Of a stretch of 39,278 nt of DNA, positions 7,586 to 17,661 are shown piece by piece; within the stretch, counting starts at the first letter, position 1, and every line of letters starts with the position of its first letter. Under the pieces are notes generated by a model. It had not been told where the DNA came from, ran no database searches, and saw only the letters and a list, made by a program, of their open reading frames with translations. Made by a program: the position numbers and the translations under genes. This stretch comes from a virus (taxonomy: Duplodnaviria > Heunggongvirae > Uroviricota > Caudoviricetes), in the IMG/VR virus record IMGVR_UViG_2690316285_000009; one strand, 5' to 3'.

Positions 7586-8658
7586 GTGATTTCTCCTACC
7601 GTCAGCAGCTCACTGTCTCCCGCCTGAACTGACGTCAGCGGACTGCGCACTTCAAAATCCTCCAGATTTTTCACCCCTGCCACCGCCCGCCAGAAAGACG
7701 ACGGCAGAACCAGACCGCCGGGCCGGGATTCGTTATACAACAGGTCGGTCAGCGCCTGTTTTACGGCCGCCTGATTCTCCGGTGTTTTCGGGATGATCCT
7801 GATGCTGAAGGGCACCGGCTTATTGGTCAGTTTAAACACGGTCACCGTCGGCCCCAGAGGCTGTCCGACAGGCTGGCCGGTCGCCGGATCATCATGACTG
7901 CGGATATAATCCGCCACCCGCTGAACATCACCGTCACCGGGGAAAATATCCGGGTTATTATCCTGAACAAACGTTACCCCCACGCAGCCCGCCTGCGGCC
8001 ATTCCGGGCGGCACCATGCCCGCGTCACGCCCGGCACTTCACGCGCCCAGCGTTCAAAATCATACTGCGTGCCGCCGGACGGTGGATTCTGCACCCGGAA
8101 AACCAGACGGGAAAGCAGCTCCGGCACGGTTTCCACATCCGCACCACCGGTGATCCCCGTTCCGGTCACCGTGGCCGTCTGGTTGATCCCCGCCTGCGGT
8201 GTGATAAATGTCAGTTTTGTCCCTGCCGGGGCATTCCCCGCACGACCGGCACTTTCGGCTTCCACACTGACATTCAGCGTACCGGCCTTACCGGTCAGTG
8301 AGGTGGTGATACGGTAAACCACGCCATCACTTCGCTGGAGAAGCACACCTTCCTTGATCCCCGCATCCGTGGTCAGCATCAGCTGAACCGGCCCGTCCCC
8401 CCGAGAGGCAGGCTTACGCATGACGCCCCAGAATGCACAGTGTTTCAGCAGTTCGGCTTCATCGGCTTCGGTCGGGATGATCTGACGCGCAATCCAGGCC
8501 AGATGCTCATGCTCCTGAGCAGATAACCCTGCCTGAGCGTAAGCAATGGCATTCAGGGTGGTTTCATTCACACCCGGCTGCGAGCCGGGCAGGCGCTGGC
8601 TGATATCCTGCTGTGTCTGCGTGATTAACTGTGCCAGCGGTAAAGGCTGATAAGGCAT
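7576..8658 (-). CDS. Baseplate J-like protein (Mu gp47-like)
   Basis: 360-aa product at the conserved position in the baseplate module. Confidence 0.7.
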   Translation of the reverse strand: MPYQPLPLAQLITQTQQDISQRLPGSQPGVNETTLNAIAYAQAGLSAQEHEHLAWIARQIIPTEADEAELLKHCAFWGVMRKPASRGDGPVQLMLTTDAGIKEGVLLQRSDGVVYRITTSLTGKAGTLNVSVEAESAGRAGNAPAGTKLTFITPQAGINQTATVTGTGITGGADVETVPELLSRLVFRVQNPPSGGTQYDFERWAREVPGVTRAWCRPEWPQAGCVGVTFVQDNNPDIFPGDGDVQRVADYIRSHDDPATGQPVGQPLGPTVTVFKLTNKPVPFSIRIIPKTPENQAAVKQALTDLLYNESRPGGLVLPSSFWRAVAGVKNLEDFEVRSPLTSVQAGDSELLTVGEITWL

Positions 8659-9095
8659 TACTCCCCCTTAAGATCAGCATAAAAAATCATGGGCCTCACT
8701 GAACCATCAGGCAGGGTTATGCGCACCGAAAGCGCCAGCCGCGCGTGTCCCACACGTTCTGCATGACAGACCACGGATGACGCCACGCCATCCTGACTGA
8801 GCCAGCCCAGCGCCTCATCCGCGTAAGCACGGGCACGGCTTATCACCGAGGCCAGCGTTTTTTCCCGGCTGAGAAGCCACAGACGGGAGCCAATGGGGCG
8901 CGGGCGAAAACTGTCTCCCCACCATCCCCGGCGGTCGCGCGTACCGTCAGGGATTTCATCCGATGCCAGCGCCCGGCGGTCAGTAAACAGCGAAATCAGA
9001 ACGGCCGTCAGCAGACTGTCATCCGTCAGCAGGTCGGCACCGTTCAGTTGCAGCGAACCGCATCCCTGATCCCACACAATTGCAATATCAGCCAT
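8658..9095 (-). CDS. Baseplate protein, Mu gp46-like (start trimmed to internal ATG at 9095 to remove the overlap with the upstream gene)
   Basis: Gene order; the long ORF overlaps the upstream gene by about 150 nt, while the internal Met (MADIAIVWDQ) gives a typical size of about 145 aa. Confidence 0.6.
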   Translation of the reverse strand: MADIAIVWDQGCGSLQLNGADLLTDDSLLTAVLISLFTDRRALASDEIPDGTRDRRGWWGDSFRPRPIGSRLWLLSREKTLASVISRARAYADEALGWLSQDGVASSVVCHAERVGHARLALSVRITLPDGSVRPMIFYADLKGE

Positions 9096-9702
9096 TCTCC
9101 GGCACTCCTGTCTTACTGCCTTCGCCGTTATCATGATGCACATGGCCGGAATACCGTATCCCTGCAATAACGGCATCCGACATTGTGAACAGTCCCTGAG
9201 ATTTCCCCGTACCCTCAAGCGCGAAATTACCCTTAACATGCAGGTTCTTATCCACCGTCACATTGCCCGTAAAGGTGGCTTCCGGCGTATCCACCCGCAT
9301 CCCCTCGTCGGCGTAAATCTCCAGCATTTTGCATGTCACAATAATGCGGCCATCCTTTGTTAACCGTATCCGGTGCCCCTCATGGTGATACACCCCCGTA
9401 TCTCCGGCTGTGAGTCCGGTCGGGCGGCTGCGCCGGTCTTCCACCACAAGCACCACAGTCTGATCCCGCTGTCCGCCCAGACAGGCAAAAAAGGTTTCCG
9501 CACCCGGCAGGGGAACGCTGATCTGCCCGTACTGCTGGGGACGCTCCACATCATCAAAGGTTTCGCCGTCCATGCCGGTGAGCTGCACATTCTGCATTTT
9601 CAGTTCGTCATGTGTGCCGGTCAGAACGCCCCGGCCAAACAACAGGCGAATACCGCGCGTTACCGGGGCAATCAGGCGGCTGAACACTTCATCATTCATC
9701 AA
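9088..9702 (-). CDS. Baseplate assembly/spike protein (Mu gp45-like, gpV family)
   Basis: 204-aa product at the conserved position between the hub and gp46-like genes. Confidence 0.65.
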   Translation of the reverse strand: MMNDEVFSRLIAPVTRGIRLLFGRGVLTGTHDELKMQNVQLTGMDGETFDDVERPQQYGQISVPLPGAETFFACLGGQRDQTVVLVVEDRRSRPTGLTAGDTGVYHHEGHRIRLTKDGRIIVTCKMLEIYADEGMRVDTPEATFTGNVTVDKNLHVKGNFALEGTGKSQGLFTMSDAVIAGIRYSGHVHHDNGEGSKTGVPENG

Positions 9703-10816
9703 AGCTGATCCCCTGTTTTTTCATCTGCTGGCGAATAAAGGCATCAACATCGTCACCGGAACCACCCCGGCCCTTACTGTCCGGCTCTGCCGGAACGATA
9801 AAGCCGTCACGCGGTGCCAGTACCAGCCGGGTGACTTCCCCGTTATGCTCATCAAGTAAAAACTCCACCTGACAGACCAGCAGTTCAGTCTGTTCTATAC
9901 CGAAACGCAGGGCTGAAACACCGGTCAGCAGATTGACATCCCATAACCGGCCATCATCCCGGAACCAGCCACGCACGGTGGCAGAAAACCGTTCTGAACG
10001 GGCAATCGCACGGCGCATTTCACGCAGGGCACGCTGCCGTGCACCGGTGATGTCTGTCTGTTGATCGGCGAGGATGATTTTCGGCCGGTAGCGGCCGATC
10101 TGCTCATCACTGATGACGCCCACAGGTGCTGCCAGACGGGCGGCGGATTCGCTGTCTCCCCGTTTGCCACCACCGCGCCCGTGTCCCCGGACACGGTATT
10201 CGCTGTATCGTCCTCGCCAGTCCGTGTTGTAATCGGCATCAAGCAGGTTATCTCCCAGCACCAGTCTGTCCGTCTGCTGGCTTCCTGCCTGGGTGAACAC
10301 CAGATCGCCGTCAGCATTACTGGTCACCAGCACCCCGCGATGCCGGGCAGCACGGGTCAGCGCATCCGCCACGGTTTCTGAGTTTTCCAGCGTAAAAGAG
10401 CTGAAGGGGCGTGCAGCCGTGTCGTCGTTAACCTGCCAGCGCACGGCTATCCCGAAGGGCGCACATAAATCTGCGGCAATCTGTGCCAGCGTCCGGTTGC
10501 GCCACTGGCTGCCGGGATGGATGGCGGCACAGTCCACCAGGTCGCCGGTTTTATCCCGACCGCTGATGCTGATCTGATGACGGGTTGCACTGATCCGCTG
10601 ACTGACCTGATCCAGCCAGCCACTGATGACCGTCTGCCCGTTAATTCTGAGCGTCAGGGACTGACCGGTCCGCAGGGCTGAGGGGATGCGCTCACCGGGC
10701 AGCATCAGCCCCAGTTCAAACGACCCGGCCAGATGCTCCAGCGAGCGACGGACGCTGACCGTCAGCCAGCCGGAAAAAATACTGCCGCCGATATACAGTT
10801 CAATCCTGCTGCTCAC
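9692..10816 (-). CDS. Baseplate hub / late control D-like protein (Mu P-like)
   Basis: 374-aa product; position after the N-like gene. Confidence 0.7.
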   Translation of the reverse strand: MSSRIELYIGGSIFSGWLTVSVRRSLEHLAGSFELGLMLPGERIPSALRTGQSLTLRINGQTVISGWLDQVSQRISATRHQISISGRDKTGDLVDCAAIHPGSQWRNRTLAQIAADLCAPFGIAVRWQVNDDTAARPFSSFTLENSETVADALTRAARHRGVLVTSNADGDLVFTQAGSQQTDRLVLGDNLLDADYNTDWRGRYSEYRVRGHGRGGGKRGDSESAARLAAPVGVISDEQIGRYRPKIILADQQTDITGARQRALREMRRAIARSERFSATVRGWFRDDGRLWDVNLLTGVSALRFGIEQTELLVCQVEFLLDEHNGEVTRLVLAPRDGFIVPAEPDSKGRGGSGDDVDAFIRQQMKKQGISFDE

Positions 10817-12158
10817 TGATCACCTCCACGCGGCGGCCACCCGGAACAAAAACCGGATCGGGGATATTGTTTCTGCGGACAAAATACTGCCAGCGGCGGC
10901 TGTTACCGGTGGCACGGTACAGCGTGACCAGTGCCGGTTCGGTGGTTCGCACCATGACCTGAAAAGCACCGGGAAGATGCACGCTCCGCGTGGTTAAATC
11001 TTCTGTCAGCGCAAGCCCTGCATCACGTAATGCAAGGGCGGTGCCGGTATGGCCCTGTGCGGACAGATCCAGCACCTGTTGTTCCATGGCATCGCTCAAA
11101 TCCCGGTTGATACGCTGCACATCAGCAGAACTTTCCAGCCAGGCCAGTCCGCCCGCACGGTCAGTATCCTGAACGTGCGTCGTATTCTGCCGGATGACCT
11201 GATCCAGCAGTTTTCCGACCGTCTGCGCCTGCGACACCAGGGCTGCACTCTGCATGACGCTCCGCAGCAGACGGATATTGTTCTGTGCCGCAGGCGTCAG
11301 ACCAATCAGGCGCTGCGGATCATCCTGTTCGCTGAGGGTGTAACGCAGGGAAGAAAGTGTGCGGTACAGCTGCGGCATGGCCTGCTCTGTCGTGCTGTCA
11401 CGGTTTGTGGTCAGGCTGCCGGACGGCGTTCCGGCTTTTCCGGTCAGCGACAGGGAAGGATCGCCGGGCAGCCCCGCCAGCACGGCAAACATTCCGGCCA
11501 GCGATTCAGCCATGCGACGGGGCGCATTAATCAGGGCGGCGGCATTCCCTTTCAGGGCAGTAAAACTGGCCGTAAAGGCACTGATATCCTGCACAATCCC
11601 CATCCCTGAAACGGCATTCTCCAGCGCATCAATTTTATCGCTGATGGTGTCGGTCATGGCCTGTACATCATGCAGACCGTCTGAAATCACCGTCCAGCCG
11701 TCTGAAAGTGTGTTAAACAGCTGATTCATTGCTGAGCCGCTTTTCTGCTCCAGCGCAGCGGCCGTATCTTCTGCCACCGAAGGGGCGGTATCGTCACTGG
11801 CGGGGATCACGTTGATCGTGAACTCAACCGTTCCCTGCTCGCTGGCGTTATAACGGCTTTCAAAGCTGTTTATCAGCACGTTTAACGTGCCGTAATCCGG
11901 GTGCATCAGTTCACCGGCACCGGGTGCACGCAGCGCATCACGCAGGCGGCTTCGCTGTGTCTGAAGATCGTCTCCGGTCACCAGAACCGTGAATGTGAAC
12001 TCCGGGAGTTTTGGCCCCAGATCATCCGCACCGCCGCTTTCACGCAGTGGGTATTCACGGCGCACAATGTTACGTCCGCCCCGTTCCCGCTGCTCCTGAT
12101 AAACCAGGAACGGTACGCCACGAAAGGAGCCACGCCCCGGCGTGTCAGTAGAGGCCAT
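10800..12158 (-). CDS. DNA circularisation protein N-like (Mu gp43-like)
   Basis: 452-aa product immediately downstream of the tape measure gene. Confidence 0.7.
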   Translation of the reverse strand: MASTDTPGRGSFRGVPFLVYQEQRERGGRNIVRREYPLRESGGADDLGPKLPEFTFTVLVTGDDLQTQRSRLRDALRAPGAGELMHPDYGTLNVLINSFESRYNASEQGTVEFTINVIPASDDTAPSVAEDTAAALEQKSGSAMNQLFNTLSDGWTVISDGLHDVQAMTDTISDKIDALENAVSGMGIVQDISAFTASFTALKGNAAALINAPRRMAESLAGMFAVLAGLPGDPSLSLTGKAGTPSGSLTTNRDSTTEQAMPQLYRTLSSLRYTLSEQDDPQRLIGLTPAAQNNIRLLRSVMQSAALVSQAQTVGKLLDQVIRQNTTHVQDTDRAGGLAWLESSADVQRINRDLSDAMEQQVLDLSAQGHTGTALALRDAGLALTEDLTTRSVHLPGAFQVMVRTTEPALVTLYRATGNSRRWQYFVRRNNIPDPVFVPGGRRVEVISEQQD

Positions 12159-12179
12159 AGTTCCCTCCGTTCCAGACGT

Positions 12180-14288
12180 TCACATCCAGGCCATGCTGTG
12201 CGGTATCATCCACATNNNNNNNNNNNNNNNNNCCACATCAATACTGCGCGCCCGCCAGCCTTCAGGGGCCACAAGCTCCACCCGTGCGGCGGTTTTCGCG
12301 GTGGCCTGTCCGCCGTTTTCGTCACTGCTGCCACGCAGTTTCTGCCAGGCCTGCGTCAGCCAGCCCCCCNNNNNNNNNNNNNNNNNNNNNNNNNNNNNNN
12401 NNNNNNNNNNNNNNNNNNNNNNNNNNNNNNNNNNNNNNNNNNNNNNNNNNNNNNNNNNNNNNNNNNNNNNNNNNNNNNNNNNNNNNNNNNNNNNNNNNNN
12501 NNNNNNNNNNNNNNNNNNNNNNNNNNNNNNNNNNNNNNNNNNNNNNNNNNNNNNNNNNNNNNNNNNNNNNNNNNNNNNNNNNNNNNNNNNNNNNNNNNNN
12601 NNNNNNNNNNNNNNNNNNNNNNNNNNNNNNCCGGCACCACGGAACAGCCCGGCAAAACGCCCCAGCCCCATGCGGTTTCCGGCCGCCGTTAGCAGACCAC
12701 CGGCACGGCTCATCATACGACCGAAGAAGCCCTGTTTACCGGCACTCTCCGCCAGTTGCTCACCGGCAGTCACGACGGTCGTGACACCCCGTCCACGTCC
12801 GGGGCCGCGTTTTTTACGGCCGCGCACGGTTTTGCCGTCACCGCTGACCACCACATCCCCGCCACCTGAGGCCAGGCCACCCGCAGGCCAGTTGGTGACC
12901 AGCACGGGCTGAACGGCAGCCGGATTTACCCCGGTAAGGAAATTCAGGAACCGGCCAGCGCGTCCGGGCTGCGTTCCCGGTACAGTGGTCTGCGGTTTGC
13001 GGAAGGGCGACGTCAGCACGGAGGTCATCGCCATGCCATAGCGTAAGGGGGTTGCGCCGAGACGTAATGCCCCCGTCCCCGCAAACCTGAGCACCTTCAG
13101 CGCACGGGAGGCGAGATACATATACATCAGGTACTTTGCGGCGGTCTGCGCACCCTGACCAATACGATCCAGTGCATCGCCATAACCGGCGTCGCGCAGT
13201 GCCTGAAGCGTTTCCCTGACTTTCTGAATGGCCCGGTAAAAGCCGGTTGCAGCGTCTCTGGCATACTCGAATCCCTGATTCAGGGCTGAGGCCGTCTGTG
13301 TGGCCAGCTTATCCTGTAAGCCGCTTTTCTGTGCCGCATCAGCATAATCCAGAAAGCCTTTCAGGCTCTTTTTCAGGCTGTCAAACGGTCCCTTTGCCAT
13401 CACCTCGCGGGCAAATCCGTCCCAGACATCGCCCATCATGGACGTCATTCCCGTCCAGGAATTCATGGCGTTTTTCTGGGCACCTTTTGCCTGTTCGGCC
13501 ATCACCTGAAATAACAGGCGAATGCTGTCCGGTCCCAGTTTTCCTTTCTCGCCTTTCTCACGGATGATCTTCTGGTTTACACCCAGCTTATCGGCCAGCA
13601 ACTGGTAAACGTTAATCCCGTATCCGGTCAGAATATTGGCGTCCGCTGCCTGGATACTCTGGCGGGCAAACATCTGTTTGAGTTGCAGGGACGCACCCTG
13701 TGCATCTGACAGTGACCAGCCGTGATAGCCGCCCTGATCCTGAAGCATGGTAATAAAGCGACGGGCTTCCCTGTCACTCATACCGAACCCGCGACTGGAG
13801 GCGTATTCCTGCATAACCCCCGCCAGCCCCCAGGTGGTGTCTTTGGCGTTCTGTACCGCCCAGGCTTTCACTGCTTCCGTTTTTGCCGTATCGCCATGAT
13901 TAATGGCGTTGAGACGCAGAATATAGTTCTCCATCTCTGCGGCCGGGCGGATAAAGGCTTTATTAAACCCGTAGACCGCAGCCCCTCCCGCCAGCATCCC
14001 GTAAAGGTTGCTTATCCGCCCGATGGTGCCGGTAATGCTGCCCTGAAGGCGGTCAAAATCTGACGTCACCGTGCGGATACTGCCACGAACACCGGCAAGC
14101 GTTCGCTGCATACGGGAGCCGACAAGTTCTGTCTCCTGACCGGCACGACGTGCTGCATTTCCAAGACCACCCAGCCCCGTCCTGCCGGAACGGGAGAATG
14201 CCCCCAGCTCCTGTGACCACTGGCGGGATTTGGCAGAAATATTGCCGAGTAAATCGACAATCAGGGAGGCTTTCAGGTTTTTTGCCAT
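12180..14288 (-). CDS. Tail tape measure protein (interrupted by N-runs at 12216-12232 and 12370-12630)
   Basis: 702-aa Gly/Ala-rich product with long predicted helical N-terminal part and Gly-rich C-terminus; position between chaperone-like gene and N. Confidence 0.75.
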   Translation of the reverse strand: MAKNLKASLIVDLLGNISAKSRQWSQELGAFSRSGRTGLGGLGNAARRAGQETELVGSRMQRTLAGVRGSIRTVTSDFDRLQGSITGTIGRISNLYGMLAGGAAVYGFNKAFIRPAAEMENYILRLNAINHGDTAKTEAVKAWAVQNAKDTTWGLAGVMQEYASSRGFGMSDREARRFITMLQDQGGYHGWSLSDAQGASLQLKQMFARQSIQAADANILTGYGINVYQLLADKLGVNQKIIREKGEKGKLGPDSIRLLFQVMAEQAKGAQKNAMNSWTGMTSMMGDVWDGFAREVMAKGPFDSLKKSLKGFLDYADAAQKSGLQDKLATQTASALNQGFEYARDAATGFYRAIQKVRETLQALRDAGYGDALDRIGQGAQTAAKYLMYMYLASRALKVLRFAGTGALRLGATPLRYGMAMTSVLTSPFRKPQTTVPGTQPGRAGRFLNFLTGVNPAAVQPVLVTNWPAGGLASGGGDVVVSGDGKTVRGRKKRGPGRGRGVTTVVTAGEQLAESAGKQGFFGRMMSRAGGLLTAAGNRMGLGRFAGLFRGAXXXXXXXXXXXXXXXXXXXXXXXXXXXXXXXXXXXXXXXXXXXXXXXXXXXXXXXXXXXXXXXXXXXXXXXXXXXXXXXXXXXXXXXXGGWLTQAWQKLRGSSDENGGQATAKTAARVELVAPEGWRARSIDVXXXXXXMWMIPHSMAWM

Positions 14289-14415
14289 GGGTTACTGCTT
14301 CGTTCTGAGAATTTTTTCGGTCTGTCGGCAGTGCCGGTAAAGCTGCGATAAGGGGAGGTTAAGCGCCCACTCCGGGCCGCTTTTTGTCACCATCCCCAGC
14401 ACAATTGCGGCTTCT

Positions 14416-14892
14416 TCAATCTGATCCCGGCACTGCATCTGATCGCCCCCGTTCAGCGACCAGCTTTCCGGCCATCGCGGAATCAAGCAGGCTTACTGCC
14501 GCCATCAGTCGGGAGAGATCGCGCTCGCTGAGCTGTCCTATCTGACGCGGAGACAATGGCCCCTCAATCTGGCCGACAGCGGCAATCTGACGGCGCAGCA
14601 GCGCAATGCCGCGCAGTGCCGGTGAGGCCACAAGAACCGGACCGTTTCGGGTTTCCATAAGACGCTCGGCCTCGCTCTCCGCATCAATGCTGTCTTTTGC
14701 CGTCAGTTCGCGGAAGGTGACGCGGTATTCACGGGATTCCCCGAACGGCAGACCGTCGAGCAGATCCACATAGCCGTTCGCCAGTTGTTCAGCCAGCCCG
14801 GCGGTGCGGGGATCGCCGTCTTCAAGTGCATCCCGGAAAGCCTCCATCACGGCCTCGTCAGAAACCGCCGTTTTTTTCTTACGTGTGCTCAT
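14416..14892 (-). CDS. Tail assembly chaperone-like protein (Mu gp41-like)
   Basis: 158-aa acidic product between tube and tape measure genes; a second frame (14292-14486) overlaps its 3-prime end. Confidence 0.55.
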   Translation of the reverse strand: MSTRKKKTAVSDEAVMEAFRDALEDGDPRTAGLAEQLANGYVDLLDGLPFGESREYRVTFRELTAKDSIDAESEAERLMETRNGPVLVASPALRGIALLRRQIAAVGQIEGPLSPRQIGQLSERDLSRLMAAVSLLDSAMAGKLVAERGRSDAVPGSD

Positions 14893-14906
14893 TACATTTT
14901 TCCTGA

Positions 14907-15272
14907 TTACTGGACACGGGTACTGGTGGCGCTGGCGAACTTCGCGGAGATATCACCACCACCGTCAAGCGAGGCCGGTTCACTGCTCCAGGCCTTCGTC
15001 ATCATGTGGACTTCACCGGTATCGGCCACGAACTCAATCGTGACCGCAGTCCAGGTGTTGATTTCATCGGCAGCCGGTGAACCTTCTCCGCCCGCCGGGA
15101 ATTTACAGTCCAGCGTCGCCTCACGGGGTTTCTCGCGATAGCCGTAAACTTTCGCGCCTTTCACCACTTCACGCTCAAAGCCGGACGGGGAGAACGTGGC
15201 TCCCTCAAGGGTGGCGTACTCCTGTCCGTTCACACGGATGGTGGCCGTGCCCTGATGCTGTTTTCCGCTCAT
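14907..15272 (-). CDS. Tail tube protein (Mu M-like)
   Basis: 121-aa product directly downstream of the sheath gene. Confidence 0.75.
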   Translation of the reverse strand: MSGKQHQGTATIRVNGQEYATLEGATFSPSGFEREVVKGAKVYGYREKPREATLDCKFPAGGEGSPAADEINTWTAVTIEFVADTGEVHMMTKAWSSEPASLDGGGDISAKFASATSTRVQ

Positions 15273-15280
15273 GCCTTACC

Positions 15281-16783
15281 TCACAAAATGAAACGGATCT
15301 GCGCGGCCATGAAGCGGAACTGGTTAACCAGATCCGGTGTACACATCACATCCAGACGGTTACGGTCTTTTGTGTTGCGCTCCACGAGCAGATTCTTTTT
15401 AAAGGTGTCCAGATTTTCGACCAGCCCGAGTTCCACCCATTCTTCCCCCAGTGCAATCAGCTGGAGCGTCATAATCTCCGGCGTCACGATATTCTGACCG
15501 GGCCGGACGGGAGTACCGTTATCGGCCAGTTTGTGGCGCGGGAAACGCTGCGTGATAAAGGTGCGCAGGGAATAACGCAGATATGACAGGGTGTAGATGG
15601 TTTCTACATCCAGATAGCTGGGATCGCTTTCGCCGTATGCATTCTGACGGTACATCGTCACCTGACGTTCAATCTGCACCACATCAGCGGCCGCAACGGT
15701 CACCGTGGACATGCCGGTATAAAGCAGGCTGTTTCGCTCTTCCCGCGTCAGACGAGCCGGTGCTTCAGGTGCCATACGGGCAGGCAGCGCCAGTGTCTGT
15801 AATGGTCGGGCCGGATCCGTTGACAGGGAGGGCGCACAGACCGCACAAATGGAGGCCGCCCAGACATAATCCGGCTCTGGTGCTTTAGGAATAGAAGTGC
15901 AGGTAAACAGGAAGTCATTACGGGATTCACCAAAACTGGTTGCCGTACCGAAGGTGCCGGTATGCGCCATCCAGACCATACCGTCCGACATTTTTACCGG
16001 TCCCCAGCGTTTCAGCAGTTCATCCGCCAGAATTTTGAGATTTGCCGCATCCTTATAGGGCATGACGATGTAGTTGTACTGACGATTCCCCATCCCTGAG
16101 ACGCTACGGGTGATATCGGGGTTTGTTGCCTTCTGTGTTGGCGCGACGAGCTCCAGCGTAAGACCGGCCGGTGTAGTTTCACCGTCATAATAGTTCACCC
16201 GTAAATCATGAGCTGAGCATTCACCGATAAAGCGGGCGTTAACCCCCATGCTCCCTTTAAGTCCTTCAGCATTATCACCACTGACTTCAGCTGCGATAGC
16301 AGTGAATGGCGCATCAGTGTCAGCGTTAATGACCTTAGCCAGCTCTTCCACAAGCTCTTTACCTTTTTTCCCCTTACTGACGGGCAGGAGGTAACGGCGA
16401 CCGCCGATGTAAACACTTAACACCCCGTCTGCCAATGCTGTTCCAATGATATTCATCACGCATGCCCTGGACTGACCTGTTCCAGCCCCCTGTGCAATGG
16501 CATATAACTCTGTGTCAGGGTTAATGGCGATAAATTCCTCTACCATCAGTGCAATCATGGAACCTCGCCCCCAGAGTTCTCTTGCTTGTGAAGCTCGGGT
16601 AATACGTACTGGTACATCAAGCTGACCGCGCCCCTGAATGGTGGTGTCTTTCATTGCAGCCTGACCAAACAACAGTACCGCCTGACGCTGTGGTGGAGTG
16701 CCGGTCACGGCCATTGAATTATTGATTTCAATCTGTACCAGCGGAATGCGATTGTTATCGCCGATATAATCAAAGTTAATCAT
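15281..16783 (-). CDS. Contractile tail sheath protein (Mu L-like)
   Basis: 500-aa product upstream of the tube gene; contractile-tail gene order. Confidence 0.8.
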   Translation of the reverse strand: MINFDYIGDNNRIPLVQIEINNSMAVTGTPPQRQAVLLFGQAAMKDTTIQGRGQLDVPVRITRASQARELWGRGSMIALMVEEFIAINPDTELYAIAQGAGTGQSRACVMNIIGTALADGVLSVYIGGRRYLLPVSKGKKGKELVEELAKVINADTDAPFTAIAAEVSGDNAEGLKGSMGVNARFIGECSAHDLRVNYYDGETTPAGLTLELVAPTQKATNPDITRSVSGMGNRQYNYIVMPYKDAANLKILADELLKRWGPVKMSDGMVWMAHTGTFGTATSFGESRNDFLFTCTSIPKAPEPDYVWAASICAVCAPSLSTDPARPLQTLALPARMAPEAPARLTREERNSLLYTGMSTVTVAAADVVQIERQVTMYRQNAYGESDPSYLDVETIYTLSYLRYSLRTFITQRFPRHKLADNGTPVRPGQNIVTPEIMTLQLIALGEEWVELGLVENLDTFKKNLLVERNTKDRNRLDVMCTPDLVNQFRFMAAQIRFIL

Positions 16784-17094
16784 CAGGACGTCCCCTTGTC
16801 TGATGCTGCGGGTTTTTCAGTCGCGGGTTTTTCAGTCGCAGGTTTTTCTGCTGCCGCTCCCGCGGGTTTTCCGGCGGCATCAGTCGTTGCAGACGCTGCT
16901 GCCGGNNNNNNNNNNNNNNNNNNNNCCGGTGCTGCTTCAGCCGCTTTTTCCACCACAATGACGTCCCCGTCATTAAGACGGCGGCACCAGAACGGGGTGA
17001 AGGGTTTTTCCTCTCCCTCCTGCGCCAGCGGTTTCATGGTGTCCGGATCGCGGATCAGGCATCCCGGCGCGGGTTTGATAAAAATGGTTGTCAT
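16783..17094 (-). CDS. Small tail-region protein with C-terminal EKPAT tandem repeats (interrupted by N-run 16906-16925)
   Basis: 15-bp tandem DNA repeat at 16810-16855 encoding ..EKPATEKPATEKPA.. Confidence 0.5.
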   Translation of the reverse strand: MTTIFIKPAPGCLIRDPDTMKPLAQEGEEKPFTPFWCRRLNDGDVIVVEKAAEAAPXXXXXXXPAAASATTDAAGKPAGAAAEKPATEKPATEKPAASDKGTS

Positions 17095-17097
17095 CTG

Positions 17098-17661
17098 TTA
17101 TTCCTCTGACGGTCCGGCTTTTTCACCGGCGGCGGTTGCACCTGGCAGGCTGATGTGCGCCTTAAATTCCGGTGTGCCTTCCGGTTCGGTGAAGGTTTCG
17201 TAATGGCGCAGGAAATCATCCAGCGAGCTGATATCAGTCAGCGGTGCGATCATTTCCTCGCAGGAGAAATAAAGCGCATACATCACCGCGCCACTGTCGG
17301 CCTGCGTTTCGGTGTAACCGTTGACCGCCTTTTCAAAGTAAAGCGGTGAGGTTTTTTCGGTTCTGAAGCCGTCCAGCACGGTAATCAGGCGGGCCACAAT
17401 CTGATAAAGCCCGGGACGGCTGACCTCACGGCCATTGAGCATGTCGCCGATGACGTAGAACACCCAGTGGCTGACCAGACGCCCACGGGTACGGCCTTCA
17501 CCGGCACCCAGCCAGGCAACGTAGATCGCCGGGGCGCTAATCAGCATGGTGCGCAGCACACTGTCGCTCCAGTCGCCGGGATGCGTGTCAACTGACACCA
17601 GTTCATTCCCGAAATACTCACGGATACGGGCGATGTACGCTTGCTCGGTTTCCGTAATCAT
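17098..17661 (-). CDS. Head-tail joining / tail completion protein (Mu gp37-like)
   Basis: 187-aa product; conserved position between the head and sheath genes. Confidence 0.5.
   Translation of the reverse strand: MITETEQAYIARIREYFGNELVSVDTHPGDWSDSVLRTMLISAPAIYVAWLGAGEGRTRGRLVSHWVFYVIGDMLNGREVSRPGLYQIVARLITVLDGFRTEKTSPLYFEKAVNGYTETQADSGAVMYALYFSCEEMIAPLTDISSLDDFLRHYETFTEPEGTPEFKAHISLPGATAAGEKAGPSEE

Noticed and set aside
12216-12632. Runs of N (12216-12232 and 12370-12630), with further runs at 16906-16925 and 34837-34873
   Set aside because: Masked or unresolved bases, not biological features; they make the tape-measure gene and two small genes incomplete and create artefactual X-containing ORFs on both strands.
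11049-12912. Several long plus-strand ORFs (for example 11049-11609, 11901-12692, 12142-12912) antisense to the N-like and tape-measure genes
   Set aside because: High-GC antisense frames with no ribosome-binding sites, partly spanning N-runs; typical spurious ORFs opposite long GC-rich genes.
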